NCBI GenBank assembly: GCA_013239625.1
Contig: MU053933.1
Span: 2,967,817 to 3,031,816 of the forward strand
DNA: 64,000 nucleotides
Reading direction: 5' to 3'
Source of the DNA: Lama guanicoe
Lineage: Eukaryota
The position numbers and the translations under genes were made by a program. Shown piece after piece: positions 48,967 through 62,264 of this stretch. The notes beneath the pieces are model-generated. The model saw only the letters and a list, made by a program, of their open reading frames with translations, was not told the DNA's origin and ran no database searches. Within the stretch, counting starts at the first letter, position 1, and every line of letters starts with the position of its first letter.

Positions 48967-51900
48967 GATGTTTGCCTCATAAAATGAATTCAGAGTGTTC
49001 TCTTCTGTTTTCTGGAAGAGTTTGTATAATCAGTATTATTTCCTTTATAAATGTTTGGTAGAATTTTATCAGTGTAGCCCTCTGATCTTAGAGTTTTTAA
49101 CTAGGAATTCAATTTATATAATCAATATGGCCCTTTGCAGGTTATTTCTTTCTTTCTGAATGAGCTTTTGTAGTTGTTGTCTTTCAAGGAATTTTACCTA
49201 TTCTTCTAAGTTGTTGAATTTATTGGCTAAAGTAGTTCAGGATAATCTTTTATTCTTTTATTGTCTGTAGGATCTGTAGAGATAATTCTTCTTTCATTTT
49301 TGATATTGATGATTTGTACCTTTATTATTTTTTTATCTTGATCATTATAGCTATGAGTTTATACACATTTATCTTTTCAAAGAACTGGCTTTTAGCTTGG
49401 TTAATTTTCTCCATGCCTTTAAAAAATATTGTTGATTTCTGCTCATTATTTGTTTCTTTTGACTTTTTTTGGGTTTACTTTGCTCTCTCTCTTTTTTTAT
49501 TTTAGCTTCTTGAGGTGGACGCTAAGCCACTGTTTAGAAACCTCTAGTTTGTCCCTGATCTTGAGAACAGCCTTTGTGGGTTCTTGCTTACATGATCCTA
49601 TACCTCAGCCCTGAAAGTTCAGGCAGTTAAAGATTTTGAGCTTCTGCCACACACTGATGAGTGCACAATCTGGCAAATGACCTGAAGGGGGAGATGGACT
49701 GTGTATTTATTTCAGGCCCTTTTCCTTTAGTGTAACTCAGCCCCTAAACACCTGAAGATGTGGGGAGAGATGTCAGTCTGTCTTGCTGGCCAGTCCCCTG
49801 GCCTTTTGCACAGTCCCAGAACTCAGCAGTTGTCTGTTGGGGAGAGCAGGTCTTGCATTAGACACTCCTTTAGTTTCCAGTCTGTTACAGGCCTTGAGGT
49901 TTCGAAAAAGCTCTCCTGGTTTTTCTTTCCTCCCATAAAAACCCTTAGCTTGGTTCAAGCCTGATTCTTAGCCAGTGTTTAGAATTAGCAGTTTATTTTT
50001 AGCTTATCTAGAAGGGCTCTTCCTTGTGAGGAATTTTAATTCATATAGTCTTCATTGCTTTGATGGTTTTAGAAATATAGTTTTTGAAACTTATCATTAA
50101 AAAAAAATCTTGTTCCACTGGTAGTGTTGGCCTGCTCTGACCCACAACGTTCTAATGAAAGGCAGAATCCCCCTCCGTTGGAGTAATTTTATACAATCTA
50201 ACGCATCTATTTTAAGTGTACAGGTTAATAAATTTTGATATATGTATCTAACACCACAATCAAGCTATAGAGCATCATCCTAAAGGGTTCTGGTGCCCCT
50301 TTCCATTCAGATACTCTTTTGTCACCGTTAATAAGATTCCCTTTTTCTGGAATTTCATGTACTGACTTCTTTCTTGTGTCTGGCTTCTTCGTTCAGCATC
50401 TGTGCTTTTGAGATTAATCCATGTTGTACGGATATATTTTGTTCCTATTTTACTGCCGAGTATTGTTCCATTGTACAGCATGTTTGTTTAATTGCCTATT
50501 GATAAACGTTCGGATTGTTTATGGCTTTTGACTGTGATAAATAAAGCTGCTCTGGATACTTGTGTACATGTCTTTGTGTGAGAATGTGTTATCTTTCTCC
50601 TGGGTAAATATACGAGTGGAATGGCTAGGTAGAATGGTCAGTGCTGTGGTAAGTGGTTTTACAAGGTTCTGCCAAACTGTTTTCTAATGTTGTTGAAGTT
50701 GTTGAGCGATTGTATACTCCTGCGGCCACATGTGACAGTTCCAGTATTGAATCAGTACTTCTTATCGTCAGTCATTCTATTTTGGCCATTCTGCTAGGTG
50801 TGTATTAGTATCTCATCGTGATTTTAGTTTTTATTTTCCTAAAGACTAATGATAGATATTAGCATCTCATTGTGATCTTAGTTGTTTTCCTGAAGACTAA
50901 TGATGGCAAACTTCTTTTTCATTTGCTTTTTAGCTGTTTGTATGTCTCTGTGATGTATCTGTTGAAGTATTTTGCTATTTTTTAATTGAGCTGTTGTTTC
51001 CTTATTATTGAGTTACAAAAGTGCTTTGTATATTCTGAATACTAGTCCTTTTTCAGATATATGTATGAGAAATGTTTTTTCCATCTGTTATTTGCCTCTT
51101 CATTTTGTAAATAGTGTCTTTCAAGGAGCAGAATTTTAAAATTTTGATGAAATATAAATTATTATTTTTCCCTGGATTGGTATATTGTTTTTATTGATGT
51201 ATCTAAGAAATTCTTCTCTACCCCAAGGTCCAAGAAGAAAGAATTTCTTCTTAGTTTTCTTCTAAAAGTTCCACAGGTTTAGCTTTTATATTTAGGTTAA
51301 TCTTTGTGTATGGCGTTAGGTAAAGATCGAGGTTTGTATATATATATGGATACCCAGTTCTTCTGACGCAGTTGTTGGAAATTATTTCCTTTCTCCATTG
51401 TACTGTGTTTGCACCTTTATCAAAAATGAGTTGATTATAATTGCTTGGGTTTATTTTGAAATTCTCTATTCTTTTCCATTTACATGCCTATCCTTATACT
51501 AATATCACACTGTATTGATTATTGGATATCTGAAATCAGGTAAACTAAATCCTCCAGCTTTGTTCTTATTTTTCCAAATAGTTGTGACTATTCTAGGTCT
51601 TTTAATAAAATTTTAGAATCAGCTTCTCAACTTCTTCCAAATACTGTGCTAGGATTTTGATTGAGATTGCTTTGAATCTGTAGGCCAATTCAAGAAGTGA
51701 CATCTTAAGAGGACTGAATCTTTCAATCAATACATATTGTAATCTCTCTGTTTATTAAGTGTTTAATTTCTCTCAGCAGTCTTGAAGTTCTCAGTATACA
51801 GTTCTTACATGTATTTTGTTAAGTTTACTCCATCAAACATTTCATGTTTTTGGATATTACTATAAATGATTGTTTTTAAAAGATTTTCATTTCTAGTTGT

Positions 51901-53084
51901 TAGCTAGCATATGGAAATGCAGTTTGTTTTCGTATTTTGAACTTATGTCTTCCACTTAGCCAAAGTCACTTATTTGTTTTAATAATCTTTTCCTCCACGA
52001 TCTTGTCATCTACAAATATAGTTTTACTTTCTCTTTTCCAATGTGTATGCCTTATATTTATTTTCCCCACCTTATTGTCTAGGACCTCTAGTGTAATATT
52101 TAAAGGAATTGGTGAGAGAGGATGTTTTTGTCTTGTTCTTTGTCTTAGGGGGAAAGTCACTCATCATTAATTATGTTAATGGTAGGTTTTTTGTAGATCC
52201 ATTTTATCAGCTTGAGGAAATTTCTTCTTTTACTCCTAAATTTTTGAGTTTTTAAATCATGAATGTGTGTTGGATTTTGTCAAATGCTTTTTTTTCTCCA
52301 TTTAGTGAAATAATCATAGGTTATTTTTCTTTTGTTCTGTTGATATTTGAATTGCATTTATTGAATTTTGAATGTTAAGCCAACCTTGCATTCCTAGGTT
52401 GAACCCCACTTGGTCCTGATGGATTATCTTTTTTTAAAAATAAAAATGTATCTAGCCATTTTCCTAAGTTTGATTTGCCAGTACTTTTTAAAGGACTTTC
52501 ATGTCTATGATCATGAGGAAAATTGTTCAGCGGCTTTCTTCTCTTGTAATATAGTTGCCTGGTTTTGTCATAGGGTAAAGCTGGTCTCATTAAATGTTTT
52601 AGGCAGTGTTTCTTCCTCTATTTTTTGAAAGAGTTTGTGTTGGGTGTATTATTTTTTTCCGTATATTTTTGATAGAATTCATCCAGGCCTCAAATTTCCC
52701 TTGTGGGAAGATTTTTAATTAAGATTTTAGCTTTTGAAGCTTTTCAGATTTTTTGTGTCCTGAGTCAGTTTTAGTAATTTGTGTTTTGTAAAGTACTGAT
52801 TTTTCTATGTTATTGAGTTCAGTGATATAAAGTTTCTCTTTATATTGCATCATTATTCTTTTTATTATTGTAAGGTCTGTAATGATGTCACCTGCTTCAC
52901 TGAGATTTGTAACATATATTTTCTCTCTTTTTAAAATCAATTTAGCTAGCAGTTTATCAGTTTTATTAATTTTTCAAATATAAGATTTTGCTTTTATTGA
53001 TTTACTTTCTTTTTTTGGTCTGACTGTACTTTTATTGATTTTTATAACTGATTTTGTTTTCTTTTTTCTTCAGTTACACTATGG

Positions 53085-53845
53085 TAAATCCAGTGATCAA
53101 GTCTTAGTCTTCATATTGCTTGACCTGTCAACAAGCATCCAGGTTATTGTTCCCTCTTCCTTAGAACACTTTCTTTACTTGACTTCTGGGACATGTCTCT
53201 GTTGTAGCTTTTCTTCTAGATTTCTGATTACTTCTTCTCAATATCTTTTTGCTTGGCCCTTCCCGTATCCCAGTCTTTATTGGGGAGTCCAGGGCTACAT
53301 CCTTGGTACTCTTTTCTTTTTACTTCATTCCCTCAGCAGTCTTACCTGATTTCATGGCTTTAAATACAACCTGTGCCCTGATGAATCTTAAATATATCTT
53401 TCTAGCCCCCAAACTCCAGGCTCATATCCATAAGCATATGTAACACTGCCCTTTGGCTGTATCATGAACGTCTCTTTCATCTTATTTGAAAAACAACTCA
53501 ATCATCATTCCTTGTCGCAGCCTGCTCCTTCCTCAGCTTTCTTTATATTAATTAATGGTAACTCCATTCTTTCATTTGTCAGGCTAAAACCCTGGGACTC
53601 ATCTTTGACTTCTTTCTCTCGTATCCCGTGTCTAAAACATCTGCAAATTCTGTCTGCACTTTCTTCACAACACAGTCAGTATCTAACTATTTCTTACCAC
53701 CTCCACCACTATCACTTTGCTCCCAAGTCACAATTATCTTTCATCTAGATAATTTTATTAGCCTTTAACAGATCTTCTTGCTTCAGTTTTTGCCCAGTTA
53801 CAAGTAATTATTCCCATAGTAGTCAGAATGATCTTTCTAAAAATG
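53085..53845 (+). mobile_element. L2 fragment (continues at ~57085-57270)
   Basis: 'ttagtcttcatattgcttgacctgtcaac...ggggagtccagggctacatccttgg...tcagaatgatctttctaaaa'. Resumes 'agatcgtgccatctcc...ttgctgttcctcagacac' after the L1. Confidence 0.75.
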
Positions 53846-53849
53846 TTGG

Positions 53850-56800
53850 TTAACTTCCACTTCTGGGAAGATGGAGTTGATGTACTTTTTTCTATTCTTC
53901 CAAGTCCAACTAAAGATCCTGGGTGTTATATACTAAACACACATAGACTCTGGAAGATGATGAGAAGACGATAGGCCAGCTAGGGACCTCAGGACCCAAG
54001 AAATGACATAGCAGTGAATTCCTTAAGTATTCTTTTTGCCTTGTATATCAGAGACTTAAGTCTGAGAAGCTAGCAACCAATAAATACTATTGGGCACAGA
54101 AAACAAATGCAACAAAAGCCTGCTCTCTATAGCCAAAGGACCAAGAAAGAGACAGCTTAGCAAGACAGAAACTTTTAGACCATAACTACTCTACTCCAGC
54201 CATTATTTCTTTAAGTACTTTTCCAGCTCTGTTATTTTTCTTCTCTTCTTTTGGATCTCTGATGGCATGATTGTTAGCTCTTTTGTCATACTGCCACAGG
54301 TCTCTGGGCCTCTGGTTATTGTTTTTTCAGTCTATTCTCTCTCTCTTGTTCAGAGTGGGTAATTTTTAAACATTCCATCTCCTGTTTCATTGATTCTTTC
54401 ATCTGACTCCTCCATTTTTTTTTTTGCTGTTGAGCCCATCCATTGAGTTTTTAATTTTGATAATTGTATTTCCCAAAAGATATGTAAGGAGTGAACAGTT
54501 CCCAGTCAAATTTTTAAAGCTAGTATTACCCTTGTATTCAAGCCATAAAAAGACATTAAAAATACAGACCAGCATCATTCGTGAATATAGGTGGAAAAAT
54601 CTGCAGCAAAATATTACCAAACAGAATTTTGCAATACATACAAATAATTGTGCACCATAACCAAGTGGAGTTTGTACCAGGGGTGCAAGCTTGGTTCGGT
54701 ATGTGAAAATCAATTTGTGTGATATATCTTATTAACATAGTAAAGAAGAACACCCAAATGATCACATCACTCAATGTAATGAAATATGTGACAAAATCCA
54801 ACATCTGATTAAAAACTCTCAGAAAACTAAGAATAAAGGCAAAGTTATTCCGCTTGATAAACAGCATCTACACAAACCTATAGCTAATGTTATACTTAAT
54901 AATGAGAGACTAAATGATTTTTCCCAAAGATCAGAAATAGGACAAGATGTAGGTTCTTACTTCCTGTGGTCCTGAAAGTTCTATCCTATGCAATAAAATA
55001 GGAAAAGAAAAGGCCTACAGATCAGAAAAGATGAAATAAAGTTGTACGTATCTGCTGATGACACGATTATCAATGTAGAAAATCCCAAGGAATCTACAAA
55101 AACAAGACCAAAAAACTACAAATGTAGAACTAATAAATGAGTTCTGCAAGGTTGCACAATACAAAACAAACACACAATAATCAATTTTATTTTTGTATAC
55201 TGTCAATGTACATGTGGACACTAAAATTTAAGATGCAATATACTTTCTGAAGAATGAACAAACAAGTAATTGTAAATCTAACATGACATTTATAGGACTT
55301 TATGCTGAAAAATACAAAATCCTGGTGAAAGAAATCAAAGTTTATCTAAATAAATGGAGTGACATACCATGTTCAAGGATTGGAAAATTCAACACAGTAA
55401 AGATGTCTAGTCTTATCAAATTATCATACAGGTTTAATGCAGTTTCTATTAAAATTGCAGCAAAATTTTTTATAGATATAGACAAGCTAACCCCAAAGTA
55501 AATATAGAAAACAAAGAAACCAAAATAATTAAAACAGTTTTGAAAAGGAAGAATAAAGTGAGAGGAACCAGTCTGCCCAGTTTCAGAACTAATTTTATAG
55601 CCACAGTAATCAAGATGATGTGATATTGTTGGAAGGACAGACACAGAGGGTAGTGGAACAATATAGGGAACCCAGTATAGAAAATGGTACAGAAAACCAC
55701 AGAAGTATGCACAAATAATTTTTGAGAAATTATTTTTTCAAGTGATTTTGAGAATTGCAAAAGCAATTCAATGGAGGAAGGATAGCCTTTCCAACAAATG
55801 GTACACCCATAGGCAAAAAAATGAACCTCAATCTATGTTTCACACCTTATACAAAAACTAACTCAAAATAGATCTCAAACTCAAATCTAAAATGTAAAAC
55901 TATAAAACTTAGGAAAAATATAAGAAAATTTCACATTCTAGGGAAAGAGCTGGGCAGAGTTCTTGGACCTGGTACCAAATGTCATTTATAAGAGGAAAAT
56001 TGATAAATTCGATTTCCTCAAAATTAAAAACTTTTTCTCTGCAAAACAATCTGTTAAGAGGATGAAAGGACAAGCTACAGAGGAGAAATGTTTGCAAATC
56101 ACATATCTGAGAAAAGACTGATAATGGGCTATATGAAGAACTGTCAAAACTCAACAGTAAAAAAGTAGATAATACAGTTAGAAACTCTGTGGAGGACGGG
56201 AGGCATTTCACCGAGGGAGCTACAGACAGCAGATATGCACATGGAAAGGTGTTCAACATCATTAGTCATTCAGCAAATGCAAATTAAAACCCAGTGAGGT
56301 ATCACTGCACACACATCAGAAGGACTAAGATTAAAAAAATGATGGTGAGGATGTGGAGGAATTGGATCTCATACAGTGTTGAGGCAAGTGTAAAATGATA
56401 TGACCATTCTGGAAAACAGTTTGGTAGGTCCTTATAAAACTAAACTTGTAACTACCACACAACACAGCAATGTATACTCCTGTACATTTATTCCAGAGGA
56501 ATGAAAACTATGTTCACAGAAAAACCTGTTCACAAATGTTCATAGTAGGTGTATTTGCAATAGTCATGTGCTTGAAACCACCCAGACGTTCTTCAGTAGA
56601 TGAATGATTAAACAAACTATGGCGCATCTGTGCCACGGAGCACTACGTGGCAATAAAAAGGGCTGACCTACAGACACAGGACGCAATGTGGATGAATCCC
56701 CAGAGAATCAGGCTGAGTGAAAAAAGGCAGTCTTGGAGGTTACCTACTGTATGATTCTGTTTATTATATAACATTCTTGGAATGAGCAAATTATAGAAAT

Positions 56801-57082
56801 GGAGAACAAATTAGTGGTTGCCAGGGGTTAAGGAGGAGATGGGGGTGGGAGGGATGTGGTTGTGTCTGTGAAAATGAAATGTGAGGCATCCTTGTGGGGA
56901 AGGAAATGCTCTATATCTTGACTGTGTCAACGTCAGTATCTTGGTGGTGAGATTGTGCTTTCATTTGGCAAGATGTCACTCTTGGGGGAAGTGGGCTAAA
57001 GTTGCATGGATTATCTCTGTAATATTTCTACAACTGCATGTGAATCTACAATTATCTCAAAACGAAAAGTTTAATTAAAAAA
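53850..57082 (+). mobile_element. Rearranged L1MC/L1MD-type element (5' end +, inverted ORF1 piece, ORF2 3' half and 3'UTR +)
   Basis: 5' 'acttccacttctgggaagatggag'. Antisense piece ~54200-54475. Sense ORF2 ('tctgctgatgacacg'; 55283-55501 YKILVKEIKVYLNKWSDIPCSRIGKFN). 3' end 'gtgaatctacaattatctcaaaacgaaaagtttaattaaaaa'. Confidence 0.8.
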
Positions 57083-57354
57083 CATAGATTAGATCGTGCC
57101 ATCTCCTATCTAGCTCTCCGGAGTCTCCTGTGTCCCTCATAATACAGGGCAGAGTGGTCATGGGTTTCACATGACCTGGCCTCTGCCTGCTCCCAGACTC
57201 ACCTCCGGCCAGTCGCCCCAGCTGATGTTAACCATGTGGGCATCCTTGCTGTTCCTCAGACACTGAGAACACAGTCAAAATTGAAACTCATTTACTTCCC
57301 TTTTTACTTTAGTTTCTTGGAAACTCAGGGTTTGAGACCAACAGTTTTTAAATT

Positions 57355-57560
57355 CAAATTTATAGAGTGCTACCAAATGCCAAGCCCTTTTCCGGGTGAA
57401 CAGAATAGATGAAGACCCTGCCCCAAGGAGCTTCACATTGTTGGGAAAGACAGACACAGTGAATAGGGGTTGTAAGAATGCAGCCACCGGTGTGTTGTGA
57501 CAGAGGGTGGTGCAGCGTGGGCAGAAGACAGCAATGATCTGTCACGTGTTTCCCACCAAA
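57355..57560 (-). mobile_element. L2 3' fragment
   Basis: 'tttatagagtgctaccaaatgccaagccc...gaccctgccccaaggagcttcacattg'. Confidence 0.5.
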
Positions 57561-60534
57561 AAGAATAAGGCACATGGTGGTGGGGGATGGGGGAAGCAGG
57601 GCCAGAAGCAGGGATTTTTAGAATGCAAGACGTACTGGTTCTGTTGGCTGTGCTCAGCAAGCTTGCTGGAACCAGAGGCTGCAGGGGCCCCTCCCTGCCC
57701 TGTCTGCACACGCCGCCTCCGACACAGGCGCCCGGGGGCTCCGAGGGAGAGCTGCCTGCAGCCAGCCGGTAACCGGGCACGGCAGAAGGTAGACGTGGAG
57801 ACATAAAACACTGTCTCAATGAAGGGCAATCGTATTTGAAGTAATTTGAAGATGGACAGGAGATTCATAAGGGGAAGTGGGGCTCCATTTACAGCAGCAG
57901 GAGATGGCCTTGTCTGCCGCTTCCTGACCCTTGGAAGAACAGGAGCTGCTGCTGGCAGAGTTCCAGAGCATGTAAAATGGAATTGAATAATCTCTCCTAA
58001 ATCAATTTTGTGAGCACGTGGCCTGCACAGGGCTGCGATACAGAGCGGGAGCCCGGCAGAGCGCCTCCGTCCGATGCGTGCATTACGCCAGTGTTATTGC
58101 AGATAACCAAATCCTGCTTTCCTTTGGCTTCGGGGAGCCTGGTTAGTGCTGTTTAGGCAGCTTCCAGGGAGGCTGTCTTGGGGAAGTGCGCCTCCTTTTC
58201 TGGTTTGCTGAGCTGGTTGGAGTCTGTCAGCAGAGTCTCCTGGGCCAGAAGTGGAGAGGCGCCTGGGCCCAGCAGGAAGACCTCCGCGGGCCCTTCTTAC
58301 TAGCACCTTGTTGCTGTGTGCGGGGCAAGGTTCTAGGCTTGGCTTCCTGAGTGTAGCACACTCTTGTGTGTTTGGCGTTCTGACATCCTTCCCCACCATC
58401 GGCCAGCGCCTCGTTTAACCGTGGACAGCATGGCTATATTGGCCCCTTAGGCTGCGCAGGGATGTTGCTGTTGGCACTTAGTCCCAGCAGTGTCTTGGGA
58501 TTCAAGGCTCCCCTGGGAGTCTTGGCGCTTTCCTTTGGTGGCACAGTGAGGCCCGGCCCAGTAGGTAAGTGACCAGCCAGGGCCTGAGCAGGCCTGGCTC
58601 CTCACCAGCCGAGGTGCCTGTGGAGACCTGGGCTGCCAGTCCTGGGCTCACTGGGCTGGACGCTCCGCTTGCGTACACGGAGACAGCCGCCTCTGGGCTG
58701 TTGGTGGCTGTTTTCTCTTGAGGGTCTCAGGGTGACTGAGCACATTTCCACCTTTCAGGGCATTTCAGGTCTTTCTTTGGCTTTGAGGTTGGCAGAGGAA
58801 GCGCCTGCCGGTGTGGCCCCATGCTGGGGCATCCCAGCTGCGGCTGCTGCAACCCAGGAGTCCGCAGGCGCTTTCTGTGGAGGCTCACACTGGTGAGCAT
58901 TTTATGTGTGTGGGCCACACGTGGGCTCTGTCTTCCATTCTTTTCTTTTTTTCTCAACCTTTTAAAATCATAGAAACTATTCTCAGTTCTCAGGTTATAC
59001 AGACACGGGCTGTGGGCAGTGTTTGCCGACCCTTGCCATAGCCCGGGAGGCAGAGCTGAAGTGTCAGCTGGGCCTCGGTCTCACTATTTTGGTCCGCCTG
59101 AAGGTGAGCGTGCTGGGACAGGGCACTGTGTGTGTACGTGGGCAGTTATGTCATTGTGAGCACCAGTCTGTCTGTCTGTCTTAGAGACTCCTCCACATTC
59201 AGGACACCCAGTCACACCCCATGACGTTAGCGGTGTTGTGTTCTAGAAAACCCACCTCACTCCTGCAAAATGGGGGTTGTAAAGAATCTCAGCAAATCTT
59301 GCTCCTGGAGCAGCTTCTCCACCCTGACGGCACAGGAAAGTCACGGGGGACTTTTGCAGAAACACAGTGCGCGGCCCCCAGCCCCGGAGGTCAGGCCTTG
59401 GAGTGCTGGGGGTGCGTTTATTGATCCTGCTGTTTCTGGCCTGGGGCCCCGACGACTGGTTTTCTCCTGGTCAGGGTCACACATGCTGGTGTGTGAGGAG
59501 TTCATTATTGCCCCTGTTGCTGGCTTTCCTCCCCCACCGCATCCCTCCCCACATGCAGTAAATGCTCTAGAAGGAGGGGAGGTTTTGGCTTCATCAGCAA
59601 TTGCTGGTTCAGTTAGCACAAATCCCAGATGGCACAGAAGGGCCTTTTAGCAGCTTAGGTTAAGAAGCTCTCGGCTGATGGAGGCGGCGGCGCTGGTCAT
59701 GCGGACACGCAGGGCTGAGCCCACTGGCTCCCGGAAGTCGTCAGAGACACCCGTGCCTTCCTGTTCCTTTTCTTCTTCAGTTTGACTCTGCTCCAGTCCC
59801 CAGTGGGACTCACTTCTAGGAATACGGTATTTGTTTATTTAAAAAAATCAATACTTAGCTCTGCAAACTTTGATCGAAGGAGAAAGTGCTCAGAGGGAGG
59901 TCGGCGGAAAAGGCGACAGGAAAATCTCCTGGTTATGGGCTTTGTCAGCACGCTGCCTTTCCCCCATTTTTACAACTTTTATTTCCAGACCCTTGAAGCA
60001 GCCTCTGTTTGCCCTCCATGCTGACTCAGTGTGCACACAGGTTATTAATAGCAGGAGTGGGAAAGAAAGAATGCTTTCTATTCTGAAATGTTCCCTGAAA
60101 GAAACCTTAGAATTGAAAGACTTTTTTGGTCTCTAGGGCCCTGGGCCAGTGCATCTCAGACCTGACTGTGCACGTGAATGCCGGGGTCCCTAACCACGCG
60201 GGCTGTGGCTTGGTCGGTGTGAGGCCTGGGGGTCTTCCTTCCACGTGGGCCCCTCCGGCCCCTCTGGCCCTCCGGGAGAGGCCCCGGTCAGGGCTCCCTA
60301 GCCACCTTTGAGGCCTGATCAGGCTGGTGGCCGAGGGCAGCTGGTGAGTCTAGGTTGTGCGAGTAGGAGCGCGGTATCCGGAGGGTGGAGATGCTGCCCC
60401 GCCAGGCCCCGCCCCGCCCCACTGTGTGCTGCCTGCGAGCAGGCCGGACAGACGCGTGCAGGCAGGTGACAGGTCGGGGATGCCGTGCACTCCGCGGGCT
60501 GCCCCGGGGTGCTGTCGCAGCCCTGGACGCTGGC

Positions 60535-60660
60535 TGCTCTCAGGTGAGGAGGCAGCTGAGGTTCACTAGCATCAGGGAGCTCACCCAAGTTCGTTCGGCT
60601 AGTGCAGGTGTCAGGATTCAGCCCCGGCCTCTCCGATGGCAGAGCCTGGTCCTGCTTCAC
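60535..60660 (-). mobile_element. MIR fragment
   Basis: 'caggtgaggaggcagctgaggttc...ctcacccaagttcgttcggctagt...caggattcagccccgg' resembles the antisense MIR core. Confidence 0.55.
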
Positions 60661-61639
60661 CGTGCGTGACAGCCTGAGGCCGGGCCGAGGAAGGTTAGTC
60701 CGACACAGGAAAAGCTGTCCTGGAAGGAGGAGCTGACTTTCCCCTTCTGCGCCTCCTAAGCTGTCTGAGAGGCTGTGGTTTGGAAATAGGATTCGATTGG
60801 CTGTGTGTGAAAGGATGACAGTTGTGCTGGGGAGATTGACAGCTGGGTGACCGTGAGGGCGGGGACGGGGCTCTGGCCACCCTGTGGGAGCAGGTGGCCA
60901 CGAGAGGTTGGGCACCCGGAGTTCCCAAGCCAGAAGCAGTTAGGTTAGGTGACTTCTAAAACCCTGTCCAGTTCTCTTGGGAGACTTTGGGGACCCTGTG
61001 TGCCCCTGTGGTCTGTGACTCCCTGAACCCTCGTGCAACCCCACGTGGATCAATTAGCCAGCGCGGGAAGGCCAGTGTCTTTGAGGCGTGAGATTTGGGA
61101 GCATAGAGCTGTTGGCAGCTGAAGGGGATCCTCGTAATACTCGGGGAATAAAGTGAAAGGGATCTGTAGCAAAACCTCTTTATCCAAGTGACCTGAATGG
61201 AGGTGGAAAAATAAAATCAATGTCCATTGTAAGTGGGAAGAGAAAAGCCAGCAGCTGTAGCTTACGGAAGGAGGGGTGTGTTTAATACAGTAAAGGGTTA
61301 ATCCTTTCAAAGGTTCAGAAATACTTTTAGAGAATTGATGTCCAGGATCTAATGGCATATTGATGATTGTGATGCATGTGGTTCCGTAAAAGCTTTTAGA
61401 CCCTGGCTCTGTTTCAAGGGCACAGATTTAAGATGACTCCTGATCTGTCTCCATGTAGGAAGGGCCCTTTGTTCCCCCAGGAGTATTTGCACTGTTTGTG
61501 AAAATGTCAACTTGACCAGTGAGCTCTGCCCATGGCCGGGCGAGGCCCTGGGTGGCAGCCACCTGGTTGTACCCCTGGCTGAGTGCAGGGAGGCCAGGGG
61601 CCCTCAGGCAGAACCTGGCCTGGCTTCAGTGCCTGGCAG

Positions 61640-61780
61640 GTGGGAGTTTAAAGGCTGGCTCCCTTGCTTGTAGCTGTGAAGCTTATGGACAAACCATTTG
61701 GCCTTCCTGGGCCTCAGGTTCCACCTCTGGAAAATGGAACTAATAGGGCTGTCTTGCTGAGTTGGTGTGAGGAGGGTGGC
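61640..61780 (+). mobile_element. MIR fragment
   Basis: 'tagctgtgaagcttatggacaaaccatttggccttcctgggcctcaggttccacctctggaaaatggaactaata'. Confidence 0.65.
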
Positions 61781-62264
61781 AGTGCCCACAAAGCACCCGG
61801 CGTGTCAGGAATTGGGAGGAACAGCAAAAGGGGGCTGCCATCAAGGTGGTGACCAGCGGGTGTGAGAATTGAATCGTGTCCAAAACTGATGCCTGCCTTC
61901 CAGAATATTCACTGTCCTATGCTGATATTCAGTGTAAGAATTTGAAATATTACTGAAGCACTGCAGACACTTTGTTCTGCGTTTGTTACAGCTAAGCAGG
62001 TCACATACCGTGGTGGGAGGGAAGACGCTTTGCATCTTAAATACACAACAACTTACCAGGTGCCCCAACGATAATGTCTTGAACATTTCCTGTAATCTTG
62101 GACCTTCTAGCCAAAACACCTTCCCTCTGATTTCTGCAATTCCAATGTCTTAAGACACACACAGTCTTTCTGAACTGGACAGCCCTGGGAGGAAGTTTCT
62201 GTTTCCCCACCGTACACAGACAAAGAAAACTTGGTGACCTTTGTGTTTTTTCCTTTAACTGCTG

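Larger units (their letters stand above)
43480..53050 (-). mobile_element. Mosaic of ancient antisense L1M (L1ME/L1MB-type) fragments hosting the LTR/SINE insertions listed separately
   Basis: Recurrent antisense L1 motifs. Minus ORF2 remnant 51966-52160 (FPLRQRTRQKHPLSPIPLNITLEVL...IFVDD). A 3'UTR start lies at ~50180. Confidence 0.75.
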
